A stretch of 64,000 nucleotides of DNA from the NCBI GenBank assembly GCA_963590525.1, contig CAVAPV010000004.1, positions 1,465-65,464 of the forward strand. Direction: 5' to 3'. A program made the translations under genes and the position numbers. The notes beneath the pieces are model-generated. The model did no database searches. It had not been told where the DNA came from and worked only from the letters and a program-made list of their open reading frames with translations. Of the stretch, positions 15,911 to 27,225 are shown piece after piece (the stretch's first letter is position 1; every line of letters starts with the position of its first letter). Source of the DNA: Agathobacter rectalis. Its GTDB lineage: Bacteria > Actinomycetota > Coriobacteriia > Coriobacteriales > QAMH01.

Positions 15911-17362
15911 ATGGATATCGTTCAGCTGCTCAATGACATCGACGCCGCCGTCTGGGGCGTCCCCATGATCTTGTTCTTGGTAGGCACGCACCTCTACTTC
16001 ACGGTGCGCATGAAGTTCATCCAGCGAAAGCTGCCCCTGGCTATCAAAAAATCCTTCATAGGTGGCGGGGATGAAGAAGGCGACATCACCCCCTTCCAGG
16101 CGCTTGCCACCGCACTTGCTGCCACCATCGGCACCGGCTCCATCGTTGGCGTTGCCACGGCCATCCTCTCTGGCGGTCCTGGCTCGCTGTTTTGGATGTG
16201 GATCATCGGCATGCTGGGCATGGCCACCAAATATGCAGAGATCTTTGCCGCCGTGCGCTACCGCGTCAAAGATGCCAAGGGAGAGATGATCGGCGGCGCC
16301 ATGTACATCTGGGACCGCGCCTTTATCAAAAACGGCAAGCGCCCTTGGTGGGCAAAGCTTGGCGCTGTGCTCTTTGCGCTGTTCATGGCCATCGCCGCTA
16401 TCGGCACTGGCTGCGCCGTTCAATCCAGCGCTATCACGGGCATCATCACCTCAAGCGGCCTTGAGGCCCCCAACTGGCTTTTGGGCCTTATCATCGCCAT
16501 CTTGGTGGCTATCGTCATCTTTGGCGGCGTGCAGACCATCTCCAAGGTCTGCGAGAAGCTGGTCCCCTTCATGGCCGTGGCCTACGGCTTGGGATGCATC
16601 ATCATTCTGATTATGAACAACGGCGTGCTGCTTGACGCCATCGCGCTGGTCTTCCAATGCGCGTTTACCCCGCACGCGGCCTTTGGCGGCGCCGTGGGCA
16701 GCGGCGTGATCGCCGCCATGCAGTTTGGCGCAGCCCGCGGCCTGTTCTCTAACGAAGCCGGTATGGGCACCGCGGCTATCATCGCTGCAGCAGCTAAGAC
16801 CAAAAACCCCTCCGAGCAAGCTCTCATCGGCATGACCGGTGTCTTTTGGTCCACCGGCCTCATCTGCGTGCTCTCTGGTTTGGTGCTTATCTGCACCATG
16901 CTGGGCAACCCGCAGATCCAGGCAGAGATCCTGGCCAACCCCTCGCTCTACACCGGCGCCAAGCTTGCCAGCACCGCGTTTGCGACCATTCCCTACATCG
17001 GCACGCCCGTGCTCGTCTTGGGCCTGTGCACTTTTGCGTACTCCACCATCTTGGGCTGGGGTTACTACGGATCGCGCTGCGTCACCTATCTCTTTGGTGC
17101 TGCAGGCGTGAAGCCCTACCAGGCCATCTACGTCATCGGCGCGTTCTTGGGCGCTATCGGCATCGGAGACTTGGTCTGGACCATCGCAGACATCACCAAC
17201 GCCTTGATGGCCATCCCCAACCTCATCGTCATCCTGCTGTTGTCCGGCGTCATCGCCAAAGAAACCGACCACTACGTCTACGACGACAACATGGACGAGC
17301 TTGACGAGCGACACATCCCCACCATGGCAGAGCTCGAAGAGAACTACCACGAGGAGCGTTAA
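15911..17362 (+). CDS. Alanine/glycine:cation symporter (AGCS family, sodium:alanine symporter)
   Basis: 483 aa. Contains ..FQALATALAATIGTGSIVGVATAI..GGPGSLFWMWI..GMATKYAE..FSNEAGMGTAAI.. These are hallmark AGCS motifs. Confidence 0.9.
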   Translation: MDIVQLLNDIDAAVWGVPMILFLVGTHLYFTVRMKFIQRKLPLAIKKSFIGGGDEEGDITPFQALATALAATIGTGSIVGVATAILSGGPGSLFWMWIIGMLGMATKYAEIFAAVRYRVKDAKGEMIGGAMYIWDRAFIKNGKRPWWAKLGAVLFALFMAIAAIGTGCAVQSSAITGIITSSGLEAPNWLLGLIIAILVAIVIFGGVQTISKVCEKLVPFMAVAYGLGCIIILIMNNGVLLDAIALVFQCAFTPHAAFGGAVGSGVIAAMQFGAARGLFSNEAGMGTAAIIAAAAKTKNPSEQALIGMTGVFWSTGLICVLSGLVLICTMLGNPQIQAEILANPSLYTGAKLASTAFATIPYIGTPVLVLGLCTFAYSTILGWGYYGSRCVTYLFGAAGVKPYQAIYVIGAFLGAIGIGDLVWTIADITNALMAIPNLIVILLLSGVIAKETDHYVYDDNMDELDERHIPTMAELEENYHEER

Positions 17363-17478
17363 AGGAGCAAGGCGCGCGATAACAGCGCCGCTTTCTTGTA
17401 GCTGCCCAGACGCCATGAGGTCTTTGGGCGCAAGCGCTACCCAAACAGCAACGACACCCGCTAAAGAGCCGCTGGCCG

Positions 17479-18651
17479 CTACAGGCTGGCGGCTCTTCCT
17501 GCTGTGATGCCGCTTGTCCATGCCCAATGCAGGTTGTAGCCGCCGCAGGGGCCGTCCACGTCCAAGCACTCGCCGCAGGCATACAGACCGGACACTAACA
17601 CGGACTCCATGGTCTCGCTGTCAAACTGATCCACGCAAGCGCCGCCGCGCGTAACCTGTGCCTGCTTGGGGTTGGCAGGCCCCACCACGTCGAGCTTGAA
17701 GCTCTTGGGCATGCAAGCCATGCGCGTGATGCCGCGCTCGTCAAAAACATCGTCTGGGCGGCAATTGTTAGCGCGGATGAGCATGCGATTAACCTGCGGA
17801 TGAAAGATGCCGCACATAAGCTCGCCGTAGTTGGCCGCCTTGGTAGCGCGCTGCTTGAGCACATGATGCAGACGCTCCTCTGTCATAGAGGGGATGAAGT
17901 CGATGCGCAACGTCTGCCCTTCTTGGATATAGCGGCTAGCGCTGAGCGCCACAATCCCGCTCACGCCGTAATCTCTAAAGAGCAGCTCGCCCGCCTCCTC
18001 GAAGACGACCTCTTTGCTATCCGGCGCGGTGAGCTTGACGTTTGCGCGCACGCGCACGCCACTCAAACCGCGCAGGTCTTTAGTATCGGTCTCGATGGGA
18101 CAGAGTATGGGTTCGCTATCTGCAAGCCTATGGCCGCAGCCACCCAAAAGGCGCGATCCGCCACCGCAGGCAACGATGACTTTATCGGCATGCACGGCGC
18201 CTGCATCTTTGACGTTGAGGCTAAAGCCATCTTGCTCTGTGCAAATGCCCTTGATCTTGGCTTGGGTCAAGATCCTGACGCCTGCGCGATCGCATGCCAG
18301 CCGCAAGACATCCAAAACGCTGTTAGCTGCGTTAGAGAGCGGATAAACGCGGCCCTCGCGCTCTTCTACGGTAAAAAGCCCCAGCTCAAAGAACCAATCT
18401 CTCACCGGCTGTGGGCCCAGCTGCTCAAGAGCCTTGGTGGTAAAAGCGCCATTGTGGTAATCGGCAGAGCTAAGCTGCATGTTGGTAAGATTGCAGCGGC
18501 CATTGCCCGTTGCCAAGATCTTCTTGCCCACGCGGTCTTGAGCCTCGTACACCGTGACATGGCAGTCTTCTTGCGCCGCAGCAATAGCTGCCGCCAATCC
18601 AGATGCTCCGCCGCCGATTACCGCGATCTCTCTCACAAGGGCTCCTCTCAT
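17479..18651 (-). CDS. NAD(P)/FAD-dependent oxidoreductase, HI0933/YhiN/BaiN family
   Basis: Lies within track ORF 17479..19104. The realistic start is ATG 18651 (MRGALVREIAVIGGGASGL). Contains TGNGRCNLTN and a C-terminal ..GGYNLHWAWTSG... Confidence 0.8.
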   Translation of the reverse strand: MRGALVREIAVIGGGASGLAAAIAAAQEDCHVTVYEAQDRVGKKILATGNGRCNLTNMQLSSADYHNGAFTTKALEQLGPQPVRDWFFELGLFTVEEREGRVYPLSNAANSVLDVLRLACDRAGVRILTQAKIKGICTEQDGFSLNVKDAGAVHADKVIVACGGGSRLLGGCGHRLADSEPILCPIETDTKDLRGLSGVRVRANVKLTAPDSKEVVFEEAGELLFRDYGVSGIVALSASRYIQEGQTLRIDFIPSMTEERLHHVLKQRATKAANYGELMCGIFHPQVNRMLIRANNCRPDDVFDERGITRMACMPKSFKLDVVGPANPKQAQVTRGGACVDQFDSETMESVLVSGLYACGECLDVDGPCGGYNLHWAWTSGITAGRAASL

Positions 18652-18829
18652 ATCTGTTGGCCATACAAAAGGATACCCTCCACAAGGCACCTGCCATGCG
18701 CGCGTCTTTGCCCTCAGGCGAAAAACCAACCCCACTCCCCCGCTGGGCACGTTGCAAAACAAGGGCGCACCCGCAGCGGCGGTATCATAGGCGCAACTTA
18801 GCCAACCTTGTCTATGGGAGGAACCGATC

Positions 18830-19906
18830 ATGGCTTGGACCAAACCTATGCCCGCCAACCCCGTCGTAGCTGTTGCCGGTGCCACCGGCGCCGTTGGCCG
18901 CGAGATGCTCAAGTGCCTTGAGGAGCTGGATTTTCCCGCAAGCGAGGTTCGCGTCCTGGCTTCTGCGCGCTCTGCCGGCCAAAAGCTCCCCTTTGCAGGC
19001 TGCGGCCAAGTTCCCGCAGGCGAGCTTACCGTCCAAGAGATGACCGACGAGGCTTTTGAGGGCGTCGATATCGCGCTCTTCTCTGCCGGAGCGTCCATCT
19101 CCAAGAAGTTCCGCCAGGCTGTTTACGACGCCGGCGCCGTCATGATCGACAACTCCTCTGCCTTCCGCGTCGAGCCCGATGTTCCGCTGGTCGTGCCCGA
19201 GGTCAACGCAGATGCCATCGCCAAGCACAACGGCGTCATCGCCAACCCCAACTGCACCACCATCCAGATGGTCGTCGCGCTCGAGCCGCTGCGCAAGCTT
19301 GGCCATATCGACCGCATCATCGTGAGCAGCTACCAGTCCTCGTCGGGCGCAGGCGCCAAGGGCATGGAGGAGCTGCAAACGCAAACCGGACAGCTGCTTG
19401 CTGGCGAGCCGTTTGAGCCCAAGGCCTTTGCGCACCAGATCGCCTTCAACTGCATCCCTCACATCGACGTCTTTGTAGAAGGTGACTACCTCAAAGACGT
19501 GCCCGAGGGTTACACCAAAGAAGAGTGGAAGATGGTCTTAGAGACCAAGAAGATCTTTGAGGACAACAGCGTCGAGGTCGCTCCCACCTGCGTGCGCGTG
19601 CCCGTTTTGCGCTGCCACAGCGAGAGCATCAACATCGAGTTCGACCGCCCGGTAAGCGTAGAGGACGTCAAGGCCGCGTTGGCCGCAGGCACACATGTGA
19701 CCCTGGAAGACGACCCCGCCAACAACGTCTACCCCATGCCCGCGCTGCATGCAGGATCCTTTGAGACCTTTGTGGGCCGTGTGCGCCGTGACGCCACTGT
19801 TTCTGGAGACAGAGGCATCGCCATGTGGGTTGTGGCTGACCAGCTCTTGCGTGGCGCCGCTCTCAACGCCGTCTACATCGCCCAAGCGCTGCTGCCGCAG
19901 GACTAA
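18830..19906 (+). CDS. asd: Aspartate-semialdehyde dehydrogenase
   Basis: VAVAGATGAVG, ..IANPNCTTIQ.. (active-site Cys), ..SSYQSSSGAG... RBS GGGAGGA lies upstream. Confidence 0.95.
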   Translation: MAWTKPMPANPVVAVAGATGAVGREMLKCLEELDFPASEVRVLASARSAGQKLPFAGCGQVPAGELTVQEMTDEAFEGVDIALFSAGASISKKFRQAVYDAGAVMIDNSSAFRVEPDVPLVVPEVNADAIAKHNGVIANPNCTTIQMVVALEPLRKLGHIDRIIVSSYQSSSGAGAKGMEELQTQTGQLLAGEPFEPKAFAHQIAFNCIPHIDVFVEGDYLKDVPEGYTKEEWKMVLETKKIFEDNSVEVAPTCVRVPVLRCHSESINIEFDRPVSVEDVKAALAAGTHVTLEDDPANNVYPMPALHAGSFETFVGRVRRDATVSGDRGIAMWVVADQLLRGAALNAVYIAQALLPQD

Positions 19907-20009
19907 GACTGCTGCAAGGTTACACAGCTGCAGCTGCAACCTCAGCTGCCGCAGGACTAAGGCTGCTGCAAGGTTACACAGCTGCAACCTCAGCTGCCGT
20001 CGCAACTAA
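19891..20009. repeat. Tandem duplication (54 + 48 + 17 bp) of the last codons and stop of asd
   Basis: gctgccgcaggactaaGActgctgcaaggttacacagctgcaGCTGCAacctca / gctgccgcaggactaaGGctgctgcaaggttacacagctgcaacctca / gctgccgtcgcaactaa. Confidence 0.9.
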
Positions 20010-20011
20010 CA

Positions 20012-20050
20012 AGGGAGCGAGGACTTAGATCCCCGCTCCCTCTTCTTTTG
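20012..20050 (+). terminator. Intrinsic terminator of asd
   Basis: AGGGAGCG (20012-20019) ... CGCTCCCT (20034-20041), followed by CTTCTTTTG. Confidence 0.6.
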
Positions 20051-20094
20051 CCTAGACGGCAAACTATCCGTTGACTCGACTCGCCTTGCCAGCG

Positions 20095-23000
20095 CTACTT
20101 GCTCTGGTCGACCTCTTGAGCCGCCTTGGCCTTTTGCTCTTCTTGATTGCTAAACGCCACGGCGATCATGAGCTTGATGCGGTTGAGCTGGTTGACCTCA
20201 GAAGCACCGGGGTCGTAGTCCACCGCAACGATGTTGGTCTGCGGATACCTGCGGCGCAACTCCTTGATCACGGCCTTGCCTACAACGTGGTTGGGCAGGC
20301 AGGCAAAGGGTTGAGCGCACACGATATTAGGCGTGCCGCCGCGGATGAGCTCGACCATCTCGCCGGTGAGCAGCCAGCCCTCGCCCATGGTGTTGCAAAG
20401 GTCCAAGATCTCTCGTGCACCTTCGGCCGTCTCCCAGATGGTCCCAAAGGGCTCGAACCTCTGGCTTGCAGCAAGCGCTTCTCGTATGGGCTTGCGCAAA
20501 TGCTCCAGATAATTGACCAGGTTTTTGAAGACGATGTAGTTCTTCTTGTTGGGAACCAGCTCCTCGTGACGGTACACGCGGTTGGCCAAGCCAAACAAGA
20601 AGAAGTCAACCAGACCCGGGACGTTGGCCTCGCAGCCTTCGGCCTCGATCTGCTCAACCAGCTGATTGTTGGCCGTGGGGTGGAACTTGACCAAGATCTC
20701 TCCCACGACACCCACGCGCGGTTTGCTGCCAAAGTCAACGCAAGGCAGCTCGTCAAACTCCTTGATGATCTTGGGGTAGAGCTTTTTGGCCTCGCGCAGC
20801 TTCATGCCGGCGATGTTGTCCTTGAGATAATCCATCCACTTGCGGAACAGCTTCTGCGTGCTGCCGGGCACCGCCTCGTAAGGGCGGATGCGGTAGAGCA
20901 GCATCATCATCAAATCGCCCAAAAGCAATGCAGGGATGGCGCTCTTGAGCATGGCAGGAGTGAGCTCCCAACCGCTGTTGCTCTCGTTAGTAGAACCGAG
21001 CGCCAGTGCGATGACGGGAACATGACCATAGCCAGCCTCTTTGAGTGCCTTGCGGATAAGGCTGATGTAATTGGTGGCACGGCAGCCGCCGCCCGTTTGC
21101 GTGATAAGCAGCGCGGTGTGGTCCATATCGTATTTGCCAGATAAGACCGCTTCCATCATCTGACCGGTGACCAAGATAGACGGATAGCAGATGTCATTGT
21201 TCACGAACTTGAGACCAACATCCACAGCACCCGGGTCAACCGCGGGCAGAAGCTTGAGGTTGTAGCCGTGGTAGGCAAAGATGGGCTCCAGGATCTCAAA
21301 GTGGATGGGCGCCATCTGCGGCGCAAGGATGGTCCACTTCTCGTCTTTCATGCGCTTGGTAAACTCCGCGCGCGGGAACTTGGTGCTGGCTGCCTCGCGC
21401 TGCACGTCCAGCTTGCCCGTGGGCGAGCAACCGCAGACTTTGAGGTTGTCGTAGATCGACTTCTCCAAAGCATCGTTGTCCACCATGTTGCGGCCGTCAC
21501 TTTGCTGCTTAAGCGCAGCAAGAAGAGAGCGCAGGCGAATACGCGCGGCACCGAGGTTGCTCACCTCGTCGATCTTGAGGCAGGTGTAGACCTTGCCGCT
21601 TGCCTCCAAGATCTCCTGTACCTCGTCTGTTGTGAGGGCATCCAGACCACAACCAAAACTATTGAGCTGGATCATATCCAAATCGTTGCGCTGAGTAACG
21701 ACCTTAGCCGCGCGGTAGAGACGCGTATGGTACATCCACTGGTCATAAACGCGTAGGTCGCGCTCCACACAGCCCAGATGCGCAACAGAGTCCTCTGTGA
21801 GTACGGCAAGCCCGTAGCTTGTGATGAGCTCAGGGATAGCATGGTTGATCTCGCGGTCGTTGTGATAGGGGCGACCTGCCAAGACGATGCCGTGGCTACC
21901 CGTCTCTTCAAGCCAGGACAAGACCTCCTCGCCTTTAGCGCGCATTGCAGCCTTGAAGCCCTCGTCAACACCCCAGGCAACCTCGACTGCATCGTTTATC
22001 TCCTCTTTAGAGGGGAACAGATCGCGTGCCACATCCACACCGCGCGCGGCGAGCTGCTCGCGGCGTTTGACATTGAGCTGCTCGTACAAGCGCAGCTTAA
22101 GCGCCTCTTTGTCGTGGTAAGGCAAAAACGGGTTGAGGAAGTCGATGTCGCTCGTGCGCAGCTCGTCGACATTGAGCTTGAGCGCCTCGCTGTAGCTCAT
22201 GACGATGGGGCAGTTGTAGTGGTTGTTGGCCGTTTCGTCCTCGCTGCGCTCCCAGCGTGCGCACGGCATCCAGATGAAGTCGATATCGCGTGCAAGCAGA
22301 TCCATGATGTGGCCGTGAGACAGCTTTGCCGGATAGCACACGCTCTCGGACGGCATAGACTCGATGCCGGCCTCGTAGGTTTTCTTGTTGCTGGGCGCAG
22401 ACAGCTCCACGTGGTAGCCCAGCGTGGTAAACAAGCTGTGCCAAAACGGGTAGTTCTCGTACATGTTGAGCGCGCGCGGGATGCCCACCGATCCATATTT
22501 GGCCTCGCTGCGCGGCAAGACCTCGCGGTCAAAGAGCAGTTTCTCCTTGAACTCGAAGAGATTGGGAACCTTGGCCGCGGCATCTGCATGGCCAGCGCCC
22601 TTCTCGCAGCGGTTGCCCGTGATAAAGCGGCGACGCTTGCCCGTGGCCTCGTCTTTGCCAAAGTCGTTGATGGTGAGCAGGCACTTGTTATCACATTTTT
22701 GGCAGCGCACGGTGGTGTGTTTGACCTCGATGAGATCGATCTGGGCCGGGGTCAAAAGCTTGGAGCCCTCCCCTGTTGCGCGGTCGCGCGCCAAGAGCGC
22801 TGCGCCGTAGGCACCCATGTTGCCGGCGATATCCGGGCGCACGGCCTCGTGTCCAGCCAGGTTCTCAAACGCGCGCAAGACGGCGTCGTTTAAGAAGGTG
22901 CCGCCTTGGACGATGACCTTATCGCCCAGCTCGCTTGCATCGCGCAGTTTGATGACCTTGAACAGCGCGTTCTTGATGACGGAGTAGCTCAAGCCGGCAG

Positions 23001-24549
23001 AAATGTCGCCAACGGTGGCGCCCTCTTTTTGGGCCTGCTTGACGCGGGAGTTCATAAAGACCGTGCAGCGGCTGCCCAAGTCAACCGGAGCGGTTGCATG
23101 CAGCGCCTCTTTGGCAAAGTCCTGGACGCTGTAACCCAAGCTGCTGGCAAAGGCCTCGATAAAGGATCCGCAGCCAGATGAGCAGGCCTCGTTGAGCATG
23201 ATGTGCTCGATGACGCCATCCTTGACGCGCAGGCACTTCATATCCTGGCCGCCAATATCCAAGATGAACTCGACGCCGGGGAGCATCTCTTGCGCACCGC
23301 GCAAGTGGGCAACCGTCTCGATCTCTCCGCTATCTGCTTTGACGGCTTCGAGCAAGAGGCCTTCGCCGTAGCCGGTGACGGTGGTGTGACCCAGCTCTAC
23401 CAGCAGGTTTCCGCTGTCGTCTTTGGGCATGGCATCCCAAAACTCGCCCAGCATGCGGCGGCAGGTACCCAAGACATCGCCTTTGTTAGAAGCGTAAAAG
23501 CTCTTGAGCAGCTCTCCGTCTTGACCGATCAGCGCGCTTTTGAGCGTTGTAGAGCCAGCGTCGATTCCCAAGTAGACCTTGCCGCGATACGACGCGAGGT
23601 CTGCACGGGGCACGGCATGCTTGGCATGACGCTCGTTGAATTTGCGATACTCGTCCTCGTTGGCAAACAAGGGGTCAAGGCGTACGACCTCGCTGCCCTG
23701 GATGTCTCCCAAGTCGTGCAGGCGCTTCTCGACTTCGCTCAGCGTGAGAACCTCGTCGTTTTTGCCGCTTGAGATCGCAGCGCCGCGAGCCACAAAAAGG
23801 TGGCTGTCTTGCGGTTCTACGGTGGTTTCATCGGTAAGGCCCAAGGTCTCTACAAAACGCGCCTTGAGCTCGGAGAGGTAGTGCAGCGGGCCACCCAAGA
23901 ACGCCACATTGCCGTGGATGGGGCGGCCGCAAGCCAAACCGGAGATGGTCTGCGTGACCACAGACTGGAAGATGGAGGCGGCGATGTCCTCTTTCTTAGC
24001 GCCCTCGTTGAGCAACGGCTGGACATCGGTCTTGGCAAAGACGCCGCAACGCGATGCAATGGGGTAGATGATCGTATGGTTCTTGGCGAGCTCATTGAGA
24101 CCGCCGGCATCCGTATCCAAAAGGCTTGCCATCTGGTCGATAAACGCTCCCGTGCCGCCGGCGCAGGTGCCGTTCATGCGCTGCTCGATACCGCCGTCAA
24201 AGTAAATGATCTTAGCGTCTTCTCCGCCAAGCTCGATCGCGACATCTGTTTGGGGGATGAGTGCCTCGACAGCATGCTTGTCTGCAATGACCTCCTGGAT
24301 AAAGGGAACCTTGAGCCAGCCGGCCAAAAGCAGGCCGCCGCTACCGGTGATGGTCACCGCCGCCGGAACATCTCCCACCTGCTTGAGGGCTTCCGCGACG
24401 ATCTCTATGACCGTGGCGCGGACGTCGGAGTGGTGACGGCGGTAGACGGAGTAGGCCACGTTGTCTGCCGCGTCCAATGCGAGCAGCTTGACGGTGGTCG
24501 ACCCGACATCGATGCCGATACGGAGCGTGCCATTAGAAGTTGCTGTCAT
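20095..24549 (-). CDS. Giant acyl-CoA dehydratase activase-related fusion (two BadF/BadG/BcrA/BcrD-type ATPase modules plus dehydratase-like C-terminal domains)
   Basis: Duplicated acetate/sugar-kinase-fold starts: [18 protein letters not shown] and [18 protein letters not shown]. Total length ~1480 aa. Start ATG 24549 lies 10 nt after GGAGGA. The track start at 24567 is a TTG inside that RBS. Confidence 0.8.
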   Translation of the reverse strand: MTATSNGTLRIGIDVGSTTVKLLALDAADNVAYSVYRRHHSDVRATVIEIVAEALKQVGDVPAAVTITGSGGLLLAGWLKVPFIQEVIADKHAVEALIPQTDVAIELGGEDAKIIYFDGGIEQRMNGTCAGGTGAFIDQMASLLDTDAGGLNELAKNHTIIYPIASRCGVFAKTDVQPLLNEGAKKEDIAASIFQSVVTQTISGLACGRPIHGNVAFLGGPLHYLSELKARFVETLGLTDETTVEPQDSHLFVARGAAISSGKNDEVLTLSEVEKRLHDLGDIQGSEVVRLDPLFANEDEYRKFNERHAKHAVPRADLASYRGKVYLGIDAGSTTLKSALIGQDGELLKSFYASNKGDVLGTCRRMLGEFWDAMPKDDSGNLLVELGHTTVTGYGEGLLLEAVKADSGEIETVAHLRGAQEMLPGVEFILDIGGQDMKCLRVKDGVIEHIMLNEACSSGCGSFIEAFASSLGYSVQDFAKEALHATAPVDLGSRCTVFMNSRVKQAQKEGATVGDISAGLSYSVIKNALFKVIKLRDASELGDKVIVQGGTFLNDAVLRAFENLAGHEAVRPDIAGNMGAYGAALLARDRATGEGSKLLTPAQIDLIEVKHTTVRCQKCDNKCLLTINDFGKDEATGKRRRFITGNRCEKGAGHADAAAKVPNLFEFKEKLLFDREVLPRSEAKYGSVGIPRALNMYENYPFWHSLFTTLGYHVELSAPSNKKTYEAGIESMPSESVCYPAKLSHGHIMDLLARDIDFIWMPCARWERSEDETANNHYNCPIVMSYSEALKLNVDELRTSDIDFLNPFLPYHDKEALKLRLYEQLNVKRREQLAARGVDVARDLFPSKEEINDAVEVAWGVDEGFKAAMRAKGEEVLSWLEETGSHGIVLAGRPYHNDREINHAIPELITSYGLAVLTEDSVAHLGCVERDLRVYDQWMYHTRLYRAAKVVTQRNDLDMIQLNSFGCGLDALTTDEVQEILEASGKVYTCLKIDEVSNLGAARIRLRSLLAALKQQSDGRNMVDNDALEKSIYDNLKVCGCSPTGKLDVQREAASTKFPRAEFTKRMKDEKWTILAPQMAPIHFEILEPIFAYHGYNLKLLPAVDPGAVDVGLKFVNNDICYPSILVTGQMMEAVLSGKYDMDHTALLITQTGGGCRATNYISLIRKALKEAGYGHVPVIALALGSTNESNSGWELTPAMLKSAIPALLLGDLMMMLLYRIRPYEAVPGSTQKLFRKWMDYLKDNIAGMKLREAKKLYPKIIKEFDELPCVDFGSKPRVGVVGEILVKFHPTANNQLVEQIEAEGCEANVPGLVDFFLFGLANRVYRHEELVPNKKNYIVFKNLVNYLEHLRKPIREALAASQRFEPFGTIWETAEGAREILDLCNTMGEGWLLTGEMVELIRGGTPNIVCAQPFACLPNHVVGKAVIKELRRRYPQTNIVAVDYDPGASEVNQLNRIKLMIAVAFSNQEEQKAKAAQEVDQSK

Positions 24550-24590
24550 GTAGTCTCGATCCTCCAAGGAGCTTTTGTACGAGGTGATCC

Positions 24591-25955
24591 CTAGTTCTTG
24601 AGGGAGTTGATGGGAGCGGGGAACCTTCCGCCGCGATGCGCAAAGACCGTGCCGGCGTTTTTGTTGACGGCCATGACGGGTGCTTTGCCAAACAGTCCAC
24701 CGTAGTCAACGCAGCCGCCCACATCCTGGCCGATGGCAGGGATGAGGCGTACAGCGGTGGTCTTGCAGTTGATGAGGCCGATGGCAGACTCGTCGGCGAT
24801 GATGCCGGCGATAGCCTCGACGCTGGTGTCGCCGGGGATGGCGATCATGTCCAAGCCCACAGAGCAAACGGCTGTCATAGCCTCGAGCTTCTCGAGCGTG
24901 AGGCAGCCTGCCTCGGCAGACCTGATCATCCCAGCGTCCTCGGACACAGGGATGAAGGCGCCGCTCAAACCGCCAACAGAGGAGCTGGCCATAACGCCGC
25001 CCTTCTTGACGGCATCGTTGAGCAACGCGAGCGCCGCGGTGGTGCCGGGAGCGCCTACCTGACCCACGCCGATGGTCTCCAAGATCTCTGCAACCGAGTC
25101 GCCCTGCGCCGGAGTGGGAGCCAAGCTCAAATCTAGGATGCCGCGCTGGTAGCCCAGGCGCTTGGATGCCTCGCGGGCGATGAGCTCGCCTGCACGCGTG
25201 ATCTTGAAGGTGGTTGCCTTGATAGCCTCCGCGATCTGCGTCATAGAGGCGGTGGTGGGCATGTCTGCGAGCACGGCACGCACCACACCCGGGCCGGAGA
25301 TGCCCACGTTGATGACCTCTCCAGGCTCGCCCGCACCATGAAAAGCACCGGCCATGAAGGGGTTGTCCTCAACCGCATTGCAAAAGACCACGAGCTTGGA
25401 TGCGCCGATGCACTGGCGGTCTGCCGTGAGCTCTGCACACTCGCGGATAACCTGCGCCATGCGCAAGACGGCATCCATGTTGATACCGGCCTTAGTCGAG
25501 CCGACGTTAACCGACGAGCAAACGCGGTCGGTCACGCTCAACGCCTTGGGAATGCTGTTGATGAGACGCTCGTCGGCATCGGACATGCCCTTTTGTACGA
25601 GCGCAGAAAAACCACCCACGTAATCAACGCCTACCTCTTTGGCTGCCTTGTCCATGGCAATGGCGATGGGCGTGAGGTCTTGCGCCTTGGTGGCGGCGGC
25701 AAGGGCCGCGATGGGCGTCACCGATATGCGCTTGTTGATGATGGGGATGCCGTACTCGCGCTCCAACTGCTGGGCCGTAGGCACCAGGTCTTGAGCGGCA
25801 CTCGTCAAACGATCGTAGACGCGCGTCGCCATGACGTCGATGTCTTCGTTGACGCAACCATAGAGGTTGAGACCCAAGGTGATGGTGCGAATATCGAGGT
25901 TTTGCTGAGTGACCATAGAGATGGTCTCGACAACGTGATCTGTTGTGACAGGCAC
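24591..25955 (-). CDS. UPF0210 / DUF711 (PFL-family) protein
   Basis: 454 aa. ..[12 protein letters not shown].., ..[17 protein letters not shown].., ..[13 protein letters not shown]... GTG start with AAGGGAG upstream. Confidence 0.8.
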   Translation of the reverse strand: MPVTTDHVVETISMVTQQNLDIRTITLGLNLYGCVNEDIDVMATRVYDRLTSAAQDLVPTAQQLEREYGIPIINKRISVTPIAALAAATKAQDLTPIAIAMDKAAKEVGVDYVGGFSALVQKGMSDADERLINSIPKALSVTDRVCSSVNVGSTKAGINMDAVLRMAQVIRECAELTADRQCIGASKLVVFCNAVEDNPFMAGAFHGAGEPGEVINVGISGPGVVRAVLADMPTTASMTQIAEAIKATTFKITRAGELIAREASKRLGYQRGILDLSLAPTPAQGDSVAEILETIGVGQVGAPGTTAALALLNDAVKKGGVMASSSVGGLSGAFIPVSEDAGMIRSAEAGCLTLEKLEAMTAVCSVGLDMIAIPGDTSVEAIAGIIADESAIGLINCKTTAVRLIPAIGQDVGGCVDYGGLFGKAPVMAVNKNAGTVFAHRGGRFPAPINSLKN

Positions 25956-26107
25956 GGCTGCTCCCTTGCGTAGGTTGTCTAAAAAGCCAGTTTTTCATTG
26001 TACCTGATAGCCCTTTGAGACCGTCTCCTACCGCCCTTATCCTGCTCAACGCAACCAAACTTTTACCCTGTGGATACATAAGCTCAACCCAAGGGCATTG
26101 ACGCAAC

Positions 26108-26152
26108 AAAAAAAACGGCACCGCTTTGCTCAAAACAGGCAAGGCGGCACCG
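26108..26152 (-). terminator. Intrinsic terminator downstream of the 26217..26888 gene
   Basis: Minus strand: CGGUGCCGCCUUGC cuguuuuga GCAAAGCGGUGCCG followed by U8. Confidence 0.65.
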
Positions 26153-26216
26153 GGTCTTAGTTCGATCAGAACATCAGGAGTATCTGATCGCAGGTTCGCA
26201 AAACAAAGAGCTGGAT

Positions 26217-26888
26217 CTATTTGCTCCAAAGCTTGTCAAAGCATTGGGAAAGCTTTGCGGTAAGAGGGCCTTCGTGCCCGCTCACAACCAACTCTCCCAC
26301 TTCATCGTTGACAAAGAAAAGCTCGCAGGAAGATAGGTCTTCTCTATTGACGGGTCTATCAACCACACCATATCCCATGGACTTAGCCAAAGTCCCTGCA
26401 AGATCCACCGCAAAAGACTCGCAAGCATCGCGCAAGCCGTTCTTGTTGACGATGACGAGCTCGTCTCCCATACGCACCAGCAGCGTGCCAGGCATGTTTA
26501 CGCCTGCGAGCTTGTCACCTTCCCATAAGAGGTCTTCTTCGGTCAGGCAAGGCGCAGGTACGCTAGCACCCAGCTTCATGTCCACGTCGCCGTTGGTCTC
26601 TACGATAACCACAACGATGCCACTGGGCTGCGCATAGAGCTTGTTGTCGCAAAACCACTCAAGCCGCGTGCGCAGATACGAGCACAATGCAGGACCAACG
26701 CCATACGCGGCAAGGCTGCGCAGCCTGCGCTCAGAAAGCTGCACCGAGCCGTTCTCGTAGCGCCAATGAAGCTCCAAACGGTTAGCGGGGACGTTTTCTG
26801 CAAGCCAGCGACGCTCGAGCTCGTCTTGATCGACTTGCTCTGGCTGATTAGCGGCCTGAATCAGATTGCGCGGCATTTCCTCGGTCAT
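26217..26888 (-). CDS. Hypothetical protein (223 aa) with weak aminotransferase class IV / ADC-lyase-like C-terminal resemblance
   Basis: Start ATG 26888 with AAAGGAG upstream. C-terminal ..CELFFVNDEVGELVVSG.. resembles the class IV fold signature. Functional assignment is low confidence. Confidence 0.5.
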   Translation of the reverse strand: MTEEMPRNLIQAANQPEQVDQDELERRWLAENVPANRLELHWRYENGSVQLSERRLRSLAAYGVGPALCSYLRTRLEWFCDNKLYAQPSGIVVVIVETNGDVDMKLGASVPAPCLTEEDLLWEGDKLAGVNMPGTLLVRMGDELVIVNKNGLRDACESFAVDLAGTLAKSMGYGVVDRPVNREDLSSCELFFVNDEVGELVVSGHEGPLTAKLSQCFDKLWSK

Positions 26889-26981
26889 GTTGCTCCTTTT
26901 CTCAAACAGCCGTTCTCGAACAGCTGTGTTGATGGTAACGCACAAACGCAAAGGCCCCGCTATACGTTGGCATGTGGCAAT

Positions 26982-27225
26982 AAAAAAGGGACGCCCCCTC
27001 TTTGGCATCCCTTTTCTTGAAGAACCTGTTCACGCAGGCCTTCGTGCGGAGCGCTCAACTCGTTTACTTCCCTACCGGTGCTTCCTTCCTCTTTGTCGCC
27101 CGTGGGCGAATCTCCCTCTTAGAAGCACACGCGTCGTTTACAAGGAGCTGCTCTTTTTTCTAGCAGGTGAAAGTTTAGATAAAAACGGTGAACGGCGCAA
27201 TCTTTTCTATTATTGGACATAGAGT
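26982..27225 (-). ncRNA. Candidate structured RNA (orphan sRNA, or riboswitch-like leader of the 26888 gene) ending in a strong intrinsic terminator
   Basis: Minus strand: an AT-rich promoter-like stretch (TTGCAT-17 nt-TATGTC) lies around 27205-27235. An internal stem pairs GUGCUUC (27128-27122) with GAAGCAC (27084-27078), enclosing purine-rich loops and a UCGCC-cacg-GGCGA hairpin. The terminator is GGGAUGCC aaagaggg GGCGUCCC + U6 (27011-26982). No ORF is present. Confidence 0.35.

Noticed and set aside
25956-26216. Expected small ACT-domain (UPF0237) partner gene upstream of the UPF0210 gene.
   Set aside because: The ~260-bp gap contains a terminator for the upstream gene and promoter-like sequence, but no ORF of suitable length or composition. 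The partner, if it exists, is encoded elsewhere.
27070-27135. SRP (4.5S) RNA suspicion, because the minus strand contains GAAGGAAGCA and GACGCGUGUGC, both of which also occur in E. coli 4.5S RNA.
   Set aside because: The two motifs are in the wrong order. The GGAA tetraloop would lack a closing C-G pair, and no long SRP helix can be drawn. By my estimate a few chance 11-mer matches to a ~110-nt query are expected in 128 kb of two-strand sequence.
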